From positions 35,268 to 99,267 of the forward strand of contig NW_005201349.1 in assembly GCF_000372725.1 (NCBI RefSeq): a stretch of DNA of 64,000 bases, written 5' to 3'. A program made the translations under genes and the position numbers. Below the pieces are notes generated by a model. The model made no database searches, was not told the origin of the DNA, and was given only the letters and a program-made list of their open reading frames with translations. Source of the DNA: Emiliania huxleyi CCMP1516 (Eukaryota). Position 1 is the stretch's first letter; every line of letters begins with the position of its first letter. Shown here one piece after another: positions 1-12,022 of this stretch.

Positions 1-1884
1 CTCCGCCTCACCGTAGCCACCGCCTCCGTCCGCCTCACCATCGCCGCCGCCTCCATCCACCTCGCGGTCGCCGCCGCCTCCCTCGGCATCGCGGTCGCCA
101 CCGCCTCCGTCCGCCTCGCCGTCACCGCCCCCACCGTCGCCACCGCCACCCTCGCCGCCGCGGACGAGTCCACCGCCGCCGAGCCCGCCTCCGAGTCCGC
201 CTCCTCCTTCTCCGCCGCCGCCCTCTCGTCCGCCTCCTTGTCCTCCGACGCCCTCCCCACGGCCCTCCCCACCGCCGCCGTCACCGCCGCCGCCCTCGCC
301 GCCGCCGCAGAGCCCGCCGCCGCCCTCGCCGCCGCCGCCGCCCTCCGCCTCGCCGTCGCCGCCACCGCCGTCTGCCCCGCCGTCGCCGCCGCCGCCATCG
401 GCCCCGCCCTCGCCACCGCCCCCATCGCCCCCGCCCTCCCCGCCGCCGCCGCCGTCGGCCTCGCCGTCGCCTCCGCCACTACCGCCGTCCGACACATGGG
501 AGTGCTCGGCAGGGACAGGAATGTCTCTGACGCAGGACGCCAGCACCGGCGACACCGTCATTGTCGTCAGTTGCTACGTCGAAGGCCTCCAGGTGGGCAG
601 TCTCATCACCCTGAATGGGCAAGCCTACAAGGTGGCCGTCATCGCAGTGCCCTTCGGGAGGCGCAGCCTCACCGCGGCACTGCCAATCACGCTGGAAACA
701 GGGCTGACCGGTGTTGTATGGTCTGGCGATTTGGTCCAGGCCGTTCGCCCCCCTCTTTAAAGCCACCGTCCCCGTCGCCGCCCAGCCCGNNNNNNNNNNN
801 NNNNNNNNNNNNNNNNNNNNNNNNNNNNNNNNNNNNNNNNNNNNNNNNNNNNNNNNNNNNNNNNNNNNNNNNNNNNNNNNNNNNNNNNNTCTCACGCGGC
901 CTCCGCCGCAGTCGCCGCTGCCGCCCACCTCGCCCCCGTGGTGGATCAAGCCGATCCAGCCGGCCACGCAGGTCGGCGGCGGGGCGGACAACCTCCCCTG
1001 GCCCATCATCGGCGGCGTCGCTGCCGCTGCGCTCTCCCTGCTCTGCTGCGCACTCTGCCTCGTCCTCTACCAGCGGGGCAGCCGGCTCCGCGACCAGCGG
1101 TCGCGGCGGCGCGAGAGGACAGCGGTGGACATCGCCGCTGCCTTTATCGCCGGCCGGCGCCGCTCTCGTTCGTTTCCTCCTTCCAGCGGCGCCGTGACCC
1201 CAGCGCGGGCGACGGATAAGCGGCAGAGGGAGGGGGCGAGCGAGGGGCAACCGGTTGGGGGGAGGGAGTGGACGGCACCGCCATCCACCTCGGCCTCGCC
1301 CTCGCCGCCGCGCCCGCTGCAGCCCCTCCAAGATCTCCGGCTGGACGACAGCTGGTCGTCGGACTCGGGCGGCGGCGCGCTCGAGGGGACTTCCGCGGCG
1401 GGCGATCTGCAGGTCGCCGTCGGGTCGCCGGCCGCTCGTCGGGGCATCTTTCGGCCGCCGCCGCCCGGCACTCCAGGCAGGTACCCGCCGCCGCCCACCC
1501 CCGGCAGCCCCTCCGACGGCTCCGGCACCCCTCGCGGGCAGCTGGCCGAGTCGTCCGACGGCTCCGGCACGGTTCGTCGGAGGAGCAAGCACGCCTTCGG
1601 AGCCGCGCCGCCCTCCTCGCCGAGCGACTCGCCGCCTCCGCCACCGGCGCCGGCGCCGTCGCCGCAACAGTCTCCTCGCCGGTACTCGCCGGCGAACGTC
1701 CCCCGCCCGCGCACCCCGGGGGTCCTCCAGCCGACCACCGCCTCGCTGGCGACGCTGGCGAGGCTGAGCGAGGCTGGGTCCGAGGACGGGGTGAGCCGGA
1801 GGAGCAGGCCCTCGTTCCAGTACAGGTCCTCGCCGCCCTCCGCCCCGCTGCACGCACAACCCCTCTCCTGCCCCCGCACCACAG
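1..1884 (+). CDS. Pro/Ser-rich extracellular region, TM helix and juxtamembrane region of a receptor-like kinase (copy 1, 5' part; starts before the window)
   Basis: SPPP-coding repeats at 1-490; ORF 711..1940 gives PWPIIGGVAAAALSLLCCALCLVLY (TM) followed by a basic stop-transfer segment; about 1040-1875 is nearly identical to 12023-12860, which lies upstream of the kinase exons in copy 2. Gap at 790-889. Confidence 0.6.
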
Positions 1885-1886
1885 CT

Positions 1887-3184
1887 AGCGGGTGCGGGTC
1901 AGGTGGCGCTGGTGTCGACTCCTGCAGAGCGAGGCAGTGAGTGCGATGGCGGCCGCAGAGCAGTTTCGGAACCGGCGGTGGCGAGGGCGGCGGCAAGTGC
2001 AGGAGAGCGAGTCCGTCGCATGCACACGGAAATGCCATGGCTACGCAGTGGGTGGTGTGAACGGAGCGGAGGCGTTGCGTGGGTGCACGCTGCGACGCGC
2101 CTGCGCGAGCGTGAGCAAATGGCGAGCGTGTGCCGTCCGCGACCGAAAAAGAATTTTGGGGGCCGGTAAGAATTTTCGACAAGGCGGTCGCATGAAACGA
2201 TTCACGCGACAGGCGAGGCAGGAAAAGAATTGGAACCCGGAAAACGAAGGATCGACGCGCCGAGATGGATGCGCTGAGAAGAATAAAAACATTTGTCAGA
2301 CGCCATTCAAAGGCCAGAGCGGCTTGACGGCGAAAAAAAGACTTAGCGGCTTTGAGGTGTGAAAAGACGGTTCTCACACTTTTCGGCTCGGGTAGGGCTC
2401 GAGGCGCCGATTCATCAGCCGCCGTGCGAGGGGCGTGCTGCGCGTGTGCTGCGCTGCACGCTCGGCGCTGTAGCGCGGCGCGGAGCGCCCTTGAGGCGGC
2501 GAGAAGGCGCCGGACGGCGTTCACGGCTCGAGGTGTGAAGAGGCGCCGTTCACACTCTTTGCTATGAATAGAGCTCGGCTCGCCGACTCGTGAGACGGCC
2601 TTCACCGTGCGTGGCCAGCGCGTGCTTCTCTGTACGCGCCGCGCTCTCTTTGCGGCGCGCAGCGCCGCTAGAGCGGCTTGACGGCGAAAAAATGACTTAG
2701 CGGCTTTGAGGTGTGAAAAGACGGTTCTCACACTTTTCGGCTCGGATAGGGCTCGAGGCGCCGATTTATCAGACGCCGTGCGAGGGGCGTGTCGCGCGTG
2801 TGCTGCGCTGCACGCTCGGCGCCGTTAGCACGGCGCGCAGCGCCCTTGGGGCGGTGAGAAGGCGCCGGACGGTGTTCACGGCTCGAGGTGTGAAGAGGCG
2901 CCGTTCACACTCTTTGCTATGAATAGGGCTCGGCTCGCCGACTCGTGAGACGGCCTTCACCGTGCGTGTGCAGTGTGTGCTCCTCTGCACGCGCCGCGCT
3001 CTCTTTGCGGCGCGCAGCGCCGCTAGAGCGGCTTGACGGCGAAAAAATGACTTAGCGGTTTCGAGGTGTGAAATGACGGTTCTCACACTTTTCGACTCGG
3101 ATAGGGCTCGAGACGCCGATTTATCAAACGCCGTGCGAAGGGCGTGTCGCGCGTGTGCTGCGCTGCACGCTCGGCGCCGTTAGC
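1887..3184 (-). repeat. Inverted copy of the satellite array end: unique flank 1887-2315 plus about 2.4 units of the 355-bp satellite (2316-3184, ends at a gap)
   Basis: 1887-2315 is the reverse complement of 9711-10139; 2316 onward is the reverse complement of satellite units. Confidence 0.95.
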
Positions 3185-3284
3185 NNNNNNNNNNNNNNNN
3201 NNNNNNNNNNNNNNNNNNNNNNNNNNNNNNNNNNNNNNNNNNNNNNNNNNNNNNNNNNNNNNNNNNNNNNNNNNNNNNNNNNNN

Positions 3285-5002
3285 CGTGGGACGCGATCTC
3301 CCTCGGCGAGCTCATCGGCTCGGGCGCCGCCGGAGACGTCTACCACGCACTGTACGCCTCGACGGGGGTGGCGTGCAAGCGGCTGCGCTTCAGCAAGGAG
3401 GCGGCCAACCGAGCGATGCAGGTGCTGGTCGAGGAGTGCCGCCTCGCGCTCAAGCTCCGCCACCCAAACGTGCTCCTCACCCTCGGGCTCGTCTCGGACG
3501 GCGACCGCAACCACGGCATCCTGACGGAGCTGATGGACCTCGCGCTGGACGACTTCCTCAGCCAGGCGACCTCCCCGCACCTCCTCACACCTCCCCGCAC
3601 CTCCCCACACCTCCGCACACCCCCCCGCACCTCCCCGCACCTCTCCACACCTCCCCACACCTCCCCACACCTCTCCACACCTCCCCACACCTCCGCACAC
3701 CTCCCCACACCTCCAGGCGAACACGCCGCGCGGCACGCCCGCCTCGTGGACGACGCCGTACCTCAGCGTGGCCACCGAGGTGGCGCGCGGGATGGCGTAC
3801 CTTCACAGCCACCGCGTGATCCACCGCGACCTCAAGCCGGGCAACGTGCTGCTCAAACTGCCGATGATGACTGCCAAGGTGGCAGACTTTGGCGCGTCGC
3901 GCGAGAACATGCAGCCCGCCCCCTCCGCCGGCTTGCTCGCGGGCGCCTTCTCGCTCGAGCGAGCGAGCGCGGCGATGACCATGTCGATGGCCGGTACCCC
4001 CGTCTACATGGCGCCCGAGGTGCTCCGGCAGGACCGGTACGGCAAGCCGTGCGACGTCTGGTCCTTTGGCGGGCTGCTCGTCCACATCGCGACCCGCCGG
4101 CCGCCCTTCGCCGCGCTGCTCGAGTCCGGCCACCTCTCGCCGCTCGACCTCCTCAACAAGGTGACCAAGGGCGAGATGCGGCCGACCTCGAACCCCGGGG
4201 GGCAGCCCGGCGCGCTTTGCTTCGCGCCGGCAGAGTGGCCGCAGGCCGTCGCGCAGCTCGCCGAGGCGTGCTTCGCCTTCGACCCGCTCGAGCGGCCCAC
4301 GTTCGAGGAGGCGGCGGACGTGCTCCTCCAGGCGTGGCCCTCCCCCCACACACTCACACGCACACGCACCACCCACGCGTTACCGGGCCTAGCACGTTGA
4401 ATGCCGTGGGGCTCACGCCTCTCCTAGACGTGGAGCCGCGAGGGTTGGCCTGGCCATTGCCCCGCCACCTTGTGTGTGGCGAGACGTTCACCTTACCCTA
4501 CCTTACCTTGCCTCACCTCCAGGCGAGGCTCGAGGCGTCCATCCAGGGCCAGGTCGACCTGAGCCGGAGCCTCCGCGCGATGATCTCGCCCGCCGGCACG
4601 CCAAGGAGTCCAAGGAGCCCAAGGTGTTCTCCGCCTGCTCCGCCCGCTCCGCCTTCTCCGAGCCCGTATGAGGCGAAGCCGGCAAAGGCGGCGGCGGAGA
4701 AGGCGGCGGCGCAGGCGGAGGAGGAGGCGAAGGAGGCGGCGCAGGCGGAGGAGGAGGCGACGCCGGTCGGTGCCCGCGAAGCCGTCAAGCCGGTGGGTGA
4801 GCGGTTACATCGCGGCGCGGATGCTGCGGACGAGGGCGTTGTGATCGAGGCTCGCGAGCTGAACCGGAGCCTGCCTCCCCCGCCCCCGGCGCAGCCCGTG
4901 GCTGCGGTTGCTGCTAGCGCGGCCAGAGACAGCAGCGCGAATGGCGGATCCACGTGCGAGAGTGTCCCGTCAAGCGCGAGTGGACGGACTCTGGGTTGCT
5001 AG
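3285..5002 (+). CDS. TKL-type protein kinase catalytic domain and C-terminal tail (copy 1); exons about 3285-3565, 3717-4331, 4523-5002
   Basis: IGSGAAGDVY, VACKRL, LRHPNVL, HRDLKPGNVLL, KVADFG, GTPVYMAPE, DVWSFG, ERPTF; GC-AG introns 3566-3716 and 4332-4522 join the frames. Confidence 0.9.
3566..3716 (+). repeat. Intronic 10/11-bp minisatellite (cacacctcccc-like)
   Basis: Tandem ctccccacac/ctccgcacac units fill the intron. Confidence 0.9.
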
Positions 5003-5141
5003 GGCGGGCGTGGGGTTTCTTAGGAAGGAGCCCCTTGCCCCTGTGCCCTCGCGCCCTTTCAGAATATGTGCATGTGAGACTCTCGGTGCAAGCGAGTGTG
5101 TTCTTCTAGTGTGTGTGTGTCTCGTCATGACTTTTTCTTTA

Positions 5142-5202
5142 GATACGAAACCACGACGACACACACCAGTCGACTCGCATCGGTTGCCTCCAATGAAGAC
5201 AC
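5142..5202 (+). repeat. Short dispersed repeat (atacgaaaccacgacgacacacaccagtcgactcgcatcggttgcctcc); other copies about 14555-14610 (+) and about 57883-57935 (-)
   Basis: Three near-identical copies read directly from the sequence. Confidence 0.85.
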
Positions 5203-5579
5203 CCGGGGAATTTTCCTTCTTTCTTGCGACGGCCTATTAGCGAGCTCCTTCACTCGACACTACTCAAGAGCCGCCCTTCAAGAAGTTCGCCACCCTCGCT
5301 GAACTGCGCCCGTCTGCAGCCCAGCGGAGATGGTTCTCCTCCACCAGCAATGGGAAGCGTCTAATTAGATGTCTGTTAGATGTACGCGTCGGGTCTCGGC
5401 GCAGCAATGGCGAGATTGACACGGAACGCATGAACGCTCTCATCGCCGACTTGATGCGCGAGCGCTGGGGTGATGGTTTGATCGTGTACACAGAGAGGAG
5501 GGGAGACGAGACGAGACGAGACGAGAGGAGAGGAGAGGAGAGGCGACGAGAGGAGACGAGAGGAGAGGCGACGAGAGGC

Positions 5580-8500
5580 TCACACCTCGACACCGTGAAC
5601 GCCGTCCGGCAACTTCTCACCGCCCAAAAGGCGCTCCGCGCCGTACTACAGCGCCGAGCGTGTAGCGCAGTACACGCGCGACGCGCCTCGTGAACGGCGT
5701 CTAATGAATCGGCGCCTCGAGCCCTATCCGAGTCGAAAAGTGTGAAAATCGTCTCTTCACACCTCGAAACCGCTAAGTCATTTTTTCGCCGTCAAGCCGC
5801 TCTAGCGGCGCTGCGCGCCGCAAAGAGAGCGCGGCGCGTACAGAGAAGCACGCGCTGGCCACGCACGGTGAAGGCCGTCTCACGAGTCGGCGAGCCGAGC
5901 TCTATTCATAGCAAAGAGTGTGAACGGCGCCTCTTCACACCTCGAGCCGTGAACGCCGTCCGGCGCCTTCTCGCCGCCTCAAGGGCGCTCCGCGCCGCGC
6001 TACAGCGCCGAGCGTGCAGCGCAGCACACGCGCAGCACGCCCCTCGCACGGCGGCTGATGAATCGGCGCCTCGAGCCCTACCCGAGCCGAAAAGTGTGAG
6101 AACCGTCATTTCACACCTCGAAACCGCTAAGTCATTTTTTCGCCGTCAAACCGCTCTAGCGGCGCTGCGCGCCGCAAAGAGAGCGCGGCGCGTGCAGAGG
6201 AGCACACACTGCACACGCACGGTGAAGGCCGTCTCACGAGTCGGCGAGCCGAGCCCTATTCATAGCAAAGAGTGTGAACGGCGCCTCTTCACACCTCGAG
6301 CCGTGAACACCGTCCGGCGCCTTCTCACCGCCCCAAGGGCGCTGCGCGCCGTGCTAACGGCGCCGAGCGTGCAGCGCAGCACACGCGCGACACGCCCCTC
6401 GCACGGCGTCTGATAAATCGGCGCCTCGAGCCCTATCCGAGTCGAAAAGTGTGAGAACCGTCATTTCACACCTCGAAACCGCTAAGTCATTTTTTCGCCG
6501 TCAAGCCGCTCTAGCGGCGCTGCGCGCCGCAAAGAGAGCGCGGCGCGTGCAGAGGAGCACACACTGCACACGCACGGTGAAGGCCGTCTCACGAGTCGGC
6601 GAGCCGAGCCCTTTTCATAGCAAAGAGTGTGAACGGCGCCTCTTCACACCTCGAGCCGTGTGAACACCGTCCGGCGCCTTCTCACCGCCCCAAGGGCGCT
6701 GCGCGCCGTGCTAGCGGCGCCGAGCGTGCAGCGCAGCACACGCGCGACACGCCCCTCGCACGGCGTCTGATAAATCGGCGCCTCGAGCCCTATCCGAGCC
6801 GAAAAGTGTGAGAACCGTCTTTTCACACCTCAAAGCCGCTAAGTCTTTTTTTCGCCGTCAAGCCGCTCTAGCGGCGCTGCGCGCCGCGTGGAGAGCGCGG
6901 CGCGTACAGAGGAGCGCGTGCTGCACACGCACCGCCAAGGCCGCCTCGTGAGTCGGCGAGCCGAGCCCTATTCATAGCAGAACGTGTGAACGGCGTCTCT
7001 TCACACCTCGACGCCGTGAACGCCGTCCGGCAACTTCTCACCGCCCCAAGGGCGCTACGCGCCGTGCAAACGGCGCCGAGCGCGTAGCGCAGCACACGGG
7101 CGACACGCCCCTTGCACGGCGTCTGATAAAACGGCGCCTCGAGCCCTATCCGAGCCGAAAAGTGTGAGAACCGTCTTTTCACACCGAAACCGCTAAGTCA
7201 TTTTTTCGCCGTCAACCCGCTCTGGCGGCGCTGCGCGCCACGTGGAGAGCGCGGCGCGTGCGTAGGAGCACGTGCTGCGCACGCACCGCGAAGGCCGTCT
7301 CTTGAGTCGGCGAGCCGAGCTCTATTCATAGCAAAGAGTGTGAACGGCGCCTCTTCACACCTCGAGCCGTGTGAAAGCCGTCCGGCGCCTTCTCGCCGCC
7401 CCAAGGGCGCTCCGCGCCGTGCTAACAGCGCTGAGCGTGCAGCGCAGCACACACGACGCACGCCCCGTGAACGGCGTCTGACAAAACGGCGCCTGGAGCC
7501 CTATCCGAGTCGAAAAGTGTGAGAACCGTCATTTCACACCTCGAAACCGCTAAGTCATTTTTTCGCCGTCAAGCCGCTCTAGCGGCGCTGCGCGCCGCAA
7601 AGAGAGCGCGGCGCGTGCAGAGGAGCACACACTGCACACGCACGGTGAAGGCCGTCTCACGAGTCGGCGAGCCGAGCCCTATTCATAGCAAAGAGTGTGA
7701 ACGGCGCCTCTTCACACCTCGAGCCGTGAACACCGTCCGGCGCCTTCTCACCGCCCCAAGGGCGCTGCGCGCCGTGCTAACGGCGCCGAGCGTGCAGCGC
7801 AGCACACGCGCGACACGCCCCTCGCACGGCGTCTGATAAATCGGCGCCTCGAGCCCTATCCGAGTCGAAAAGTGTGAGAACCGTCATTTCACACCTCGAA
7901 ACCGCTAAGTCATTTTTTCGCCGTCAAGCCGCTCTAGCGGCGCTGCGCGCCGCAAAGAGAGCGCGGCGCGTGCAGAGGAGCACACACTGCACACGCACGG
8001 TGAAGGCCGTCTCACGAGTCGGCGAGCCGAGCCCTATTCATAGCAAAGAGTGTGAACGGCGCCTCTTCACACCTCGAGCCGTGTGAACACCGTCCGGCGC
8101 CTTCTCACCGCCCCAAGGGCGCTGCGCGCCGTGCTAGCGGCGCCGAGCGTGCAGCGCAGCACACGCGCGACACGCCCCTCGCACGGCGTCTGATAAATCG
8201 GCGCCTCGAGCCCTATCCGAGCCGAAAAGTGTGAGAACCGTCTTTTCACACCTCAAAGCCGCTAAGTCTTTTTTTCGCCGTCAAGCCGCTCTAGCGGCGC
8301 TGCGCGCCGTGTGGAGAGCGCGGCGCGTACAGAGGAGCGCGTGCTGCACACGCACCGCCAAGGCCGCCTCGTGAGTCGGCGAGCCGAGCCCTATTCATAG
8401 CAGAAAGTGTGAACGGCGTCTCTTCACACCTCGAGCCGTGAACGCCGTCCGGCAACTTCTCACCGCCCCAAGGGCGCTCCGCGCCGTGCAAACGGCGCCG

Positions 8501-9710
8501 AGCGCGTAGCGCAGCACACGCGCGCCACGCCCCTTGCACGGCGTCTGATAAAACGGCGCCTCGAGCCCTATCCGAGCCGAAAAGTGTGAGAACCGTCATT
8601 TCACACCTCAAAGCCGCTAAGTCTTTTTTTCGCCGTCAAGGCGCTCTAGCGGCGCTGCGCGCCGCGTGGAGAGCGCGGCGCGTAAAGAGGAGCATGCGCT
8701 GCACACGCACCGCGAATGCCGTCTCTTGAATCGGCGAGCCGAGCCCTGTTCATAGCATGAAGTGTGAACGGCGTCTCTTCACACCTCGAGCCGTGAACGC
8801 CGTCCGCCAACTTCTCACCGCCCCAAGGGCGCTCCGCGCCGTGCAAACGGCGCCGAGCGCGTAGCGCAGCACACGCGCGACACGCCCCTTGCACGGCGTC
8901 TGATAAAACGGCGCCTCGAGCCCTATCCGAGCCGAAAAGTGTGAGAACCGTCTCTTCACACCTCAAAGCCGCTAAGTCTTTGTTTCGCCGTCAAGGCGCT
9001 CTAGCGGCGCTGCGCGCCGCAAAGAGAGCGCGGCGCGTAAAGAGGAGCATGCGCTGCACACGCACCGCGAATGCCGTCTCTTGAATCGGCGAGCCGAGCC
9101 CTGTTCATAGCATGAAGTGTGAACGGCGTCTCTTCACCTCGACACCGTGAACGCCGTCCGGCAACTTCTCACCGCCCCAAAGGCGCTCCGCGCCGTACTA
9201 ACAGCGCCGAGCGTGTAGCGCAGTACACGCGCGACGCGCCCCGTGAACGGCGCCTAATGAATCGGCGCCTCGAGCCCTACCCGAGCCGAAAAGTGTGAGA
9301 ACCGTCTCTTCACACCTCAAAGCCGCTAAGTCTTTGTTTCGCCGTCAAGCCGCTCTAGCGGCGCTGCGCGCCGCAAAGAGAGCGCGGCGCGTACAGAGAA
9401 GCACGCGCTGGCCACGCACGGTGAAGGCCGTCTCACGAGTCGGCGAGCCGAGCTCTATTCATAGCAAAGAGTGTGAACGGCGCCTCTTCACACCTCGAGC
9501 CGTGAACGCCGTCCGGCGCCTTCTCGCCGCCTCAAGGGCGCTCCGCGCCGCGCTACAGCGCCGAGCGTGCAGCGCAGCACACGCGCAGCACGCCCCTCGC
9601 ACGGCGGCTGATGAATCGGCGCCTCGAGCCCTACCCGAGCCGAAAAGTGTGAGAACCGTCTTTTCACACCTCAAAGCCGCTAAGTCTTTTTTTCGCCGTC
9701 AAGCCGCTCT
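5580..9710 (+). repeat. Satellite array, about 11.6 units of 355 bp; each unit is two diverged 178+177-bp monomers
   Basis: AGTGTGA anchors at 6093, 6271 and 6448 (178 and 177 bp apart); aaaagtgtga recurs about every 355 bp; near-identical ORF translations recur at a 1423-bp offset. Confidence 0.97.
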
Positions 9711-10510
9711 GGCCTTTGAATGGCGTCTGACAAATGTTTTTATTCTTCTCAGCGCATCCATCTCGGCGCGTCGATCCTTCGTTTTCCGGGTTCCAATTCT
9801 TTTCCTGCCTCGCCTGTCGCGTGAATCGTTTCATGCGACCGCCTTGTCGAAAATTCTTACCGGCCCCCAAAATTCTTTTTCGGTCGCGGACGGCACACGC
9901 TCGCCATTTGCTCACGCTCGCGCAGGCGCGTCGCAGCGTGCACCCACGCAACGCCTCCGCTCCGTTCACACCACCCACTGCGTAGCCATGGCATTTCCGT
10001 GTGCATGCGACGGACTCGCTCTCCTGCACTTGCCGCCGCCCTCGCCACCGCCGGTTCCGAAACTGCTCTGCGGCCGCCATCGCACTCACTGCCTCGCTCT
10101 GCAGGAGTCGACACCAGCGCCACCTGACCCGCACCCGCTCGCTCTCGCTCACGCTTCGTGCTGTCGCTGCTAGGGTCTTCGCTCATCGACTCGGAGCGCC
10201 GGCCGCCTCTCTCGTGCTCTTTTCGCTGTCACGTCACCTCGACACCGCGCGGTCGCGACTCTCGATGTTGCGTCGGCTCCCTCGGTCACAGCGTCACCAC
10301 CCGCTGCGCCGAGCAGCAAAGGCGAGGCGCAGCCTCGCATCGGCGGTGGCCGACCGCCGTGCCGACGGAAAAAATGCCTTCGATCCCGCCGCAACCCTCC
10401 ATCTCACCGCCGCCGTCTTCGCCACGAGACCGCCTCCGGCGAGCTCGGCCGGCTCTCCTCGCACACGCGGCGCTCTCGAGCGCCCCAAGCATAAAGATTG
10501 CCGGGTGTCG

Positions 10511-10612
10511 TTAGGGTTAGCCAGGGTAGTGTTGCGGTTAGGGTTAGAGGTGGCACACCGTCATGACGTTAGGGTTAGGATCACGTCGAGAGCTAGGGTT
10601 AAGTTAGGGTTA
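10511..10612 (+). repeat. Degenerate interstitial TTAGGG telomere-like repeats
   Basis: Several ttagggttag-like patches (10511, about 10538, about 10569, about 10593-10612). Confidence 0.7.
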
Positions 10613-12022
10613 CACGCTCCCCCGCCACGGCTCGAAGAAGGGCTCCAAAATCGATAAAACGGTCAACCTCGCGAAAAAATCGCGCGCTGCGCGCGCAGGA
10701 AGAGAAAGAGAGGGAGAGAGATTCATTGCCACCGCGCAACCTTACCCCGGCGGAGCCCGGGAGAAAGTCGTGGAGCGCAGCGACTCCCGGGGCGACGCCG
10801 GCGCGCGCGGAAAACGCGGTTTTTGCGAAAACGGTGGAGGCCGCCCCGCGCTACCGCCCCATCAAACCCGCACCGCCCGAAGCCCTCGGGAAGGCCCTCA
10901 AAATGCCGACGCGGGAGGGCGAAAATCGCCTCGCTTCAGAGCCCGCGCGAGGACGGACCCCACGCCGCCCCACGAGCGACCCGCGCAACCCGCGACCAAC
11001 GGCCGTGCGGAGGATCGGCAGGAGACGTCCGCAGCCCCCAGGATCGTCCTCGTCCGACAAAACCACCGACCACCATGGCCCTCCCCGCGCGCGCTGCAAA
11101 TCTCCAGGCCCTCTGCTCGACTTTGGACGACCGACTTTATTTCGGGTGCCAAAGCAGCTCGCACGGGCCCACCTCGCCGCCCCCGCCCCCGCCCGCCCCC
11201 GCGCGGCAGGCCCGGCGCCGCTGGCCTCCCCCGCGCACCTCACGGGGCGCCATGACACCGCCTGCCAGGCGGCCTGCAGCAGTGCGGGACAGCAGCTGCT
11301 ACATTCCTCGCCTCCCGACGGCCACGGCGCCGCCCCGCCGCCGAAGCTCAAAAAACCACGCACGGCCCCGTCCACACCGCTCACCGGACGCCCGCTCGCG
11401 CCGCCCGCGGACCCCTCTCCCGCCAAACCCGCCCCTCTCCTAGCCCCTCCCAGAAGCCGCCACGCAGGCCTCGCCTCGCCTCGCACCAGCCCCCAAAAAT
11501 ACGGGGCGATTTCTGGGGCTCCCAGGTCATTCCCTATCGATTTGCGAAAAGGATTTTTTTTTCGAGCGGAGCACCCAGCCAAGAATTCTTTATTTTACAA
11601 GCGGGCGCCTCTCGCTCTGCTCCCAGCGCCTGCAGTCTCTCTCGCCCCTCTCGCCGCTATGCCTCGTCCACGCTAGCATCTCCTCCGTGCATCCCTCCGG
11701 CGCGGTGCGGCGCCGGACCGCTCGTCGGCGCGGTCAGATCGCCGCCGCGCCTCTCGGCACGCCGATTCCGCGCCGCCGCCGTCTCGGCTGCCGCGCCGCC
11801 TAACCTGGGCTGGATACGCTCCAGATCTTCGTTAGATGCGCCCGGCACCCGACCACCTCCCGCCCCGCCCGGCGAGATCTCGCCGCGCGGCCGCTGCTGC
11901 TCGCAGGGCACGCCGGCGGCGCGCCCTCCCATGCGGTGCGGATGAAGCGGCACGGGCAGCCTGCTTCGAGCGTCTGCACAACCCTGCGATTTCGCCTGCT
12001 TCGAGCGTCGAGTCGAGCCCGG

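Noticed and set aside
1885..1888. Helitron CTAG terminus at the inverted-repeat junction
   Set aside because: The matching copy at 10139 lacks CTAG, and no subterminal hairpin is evident.
6094..6116. CRP/CAP site (TGTGA..TCACA)
   Set aside because: The spacer is 11 nt rather than 6, and the genome is eukaryotic.
5580..9710. CRISPR-like or attC-cassette array
   Set aside because: The sequence between dyads is itself repeated (no unique spacers), no cas or integrase gene is present, and the context is eukaryotic.
5742..10173. Repeated ORFs beginning MRTVISHLETAKSFF
   Set aside because: Translations of satellite DNA, with indels between units and no codon bias.
10726..11676. 316-aa ORF and overlapping ORFs
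   Set aside because: Arg/Pro/Ala-rich GC shadow ORFs with no recognisable motif.
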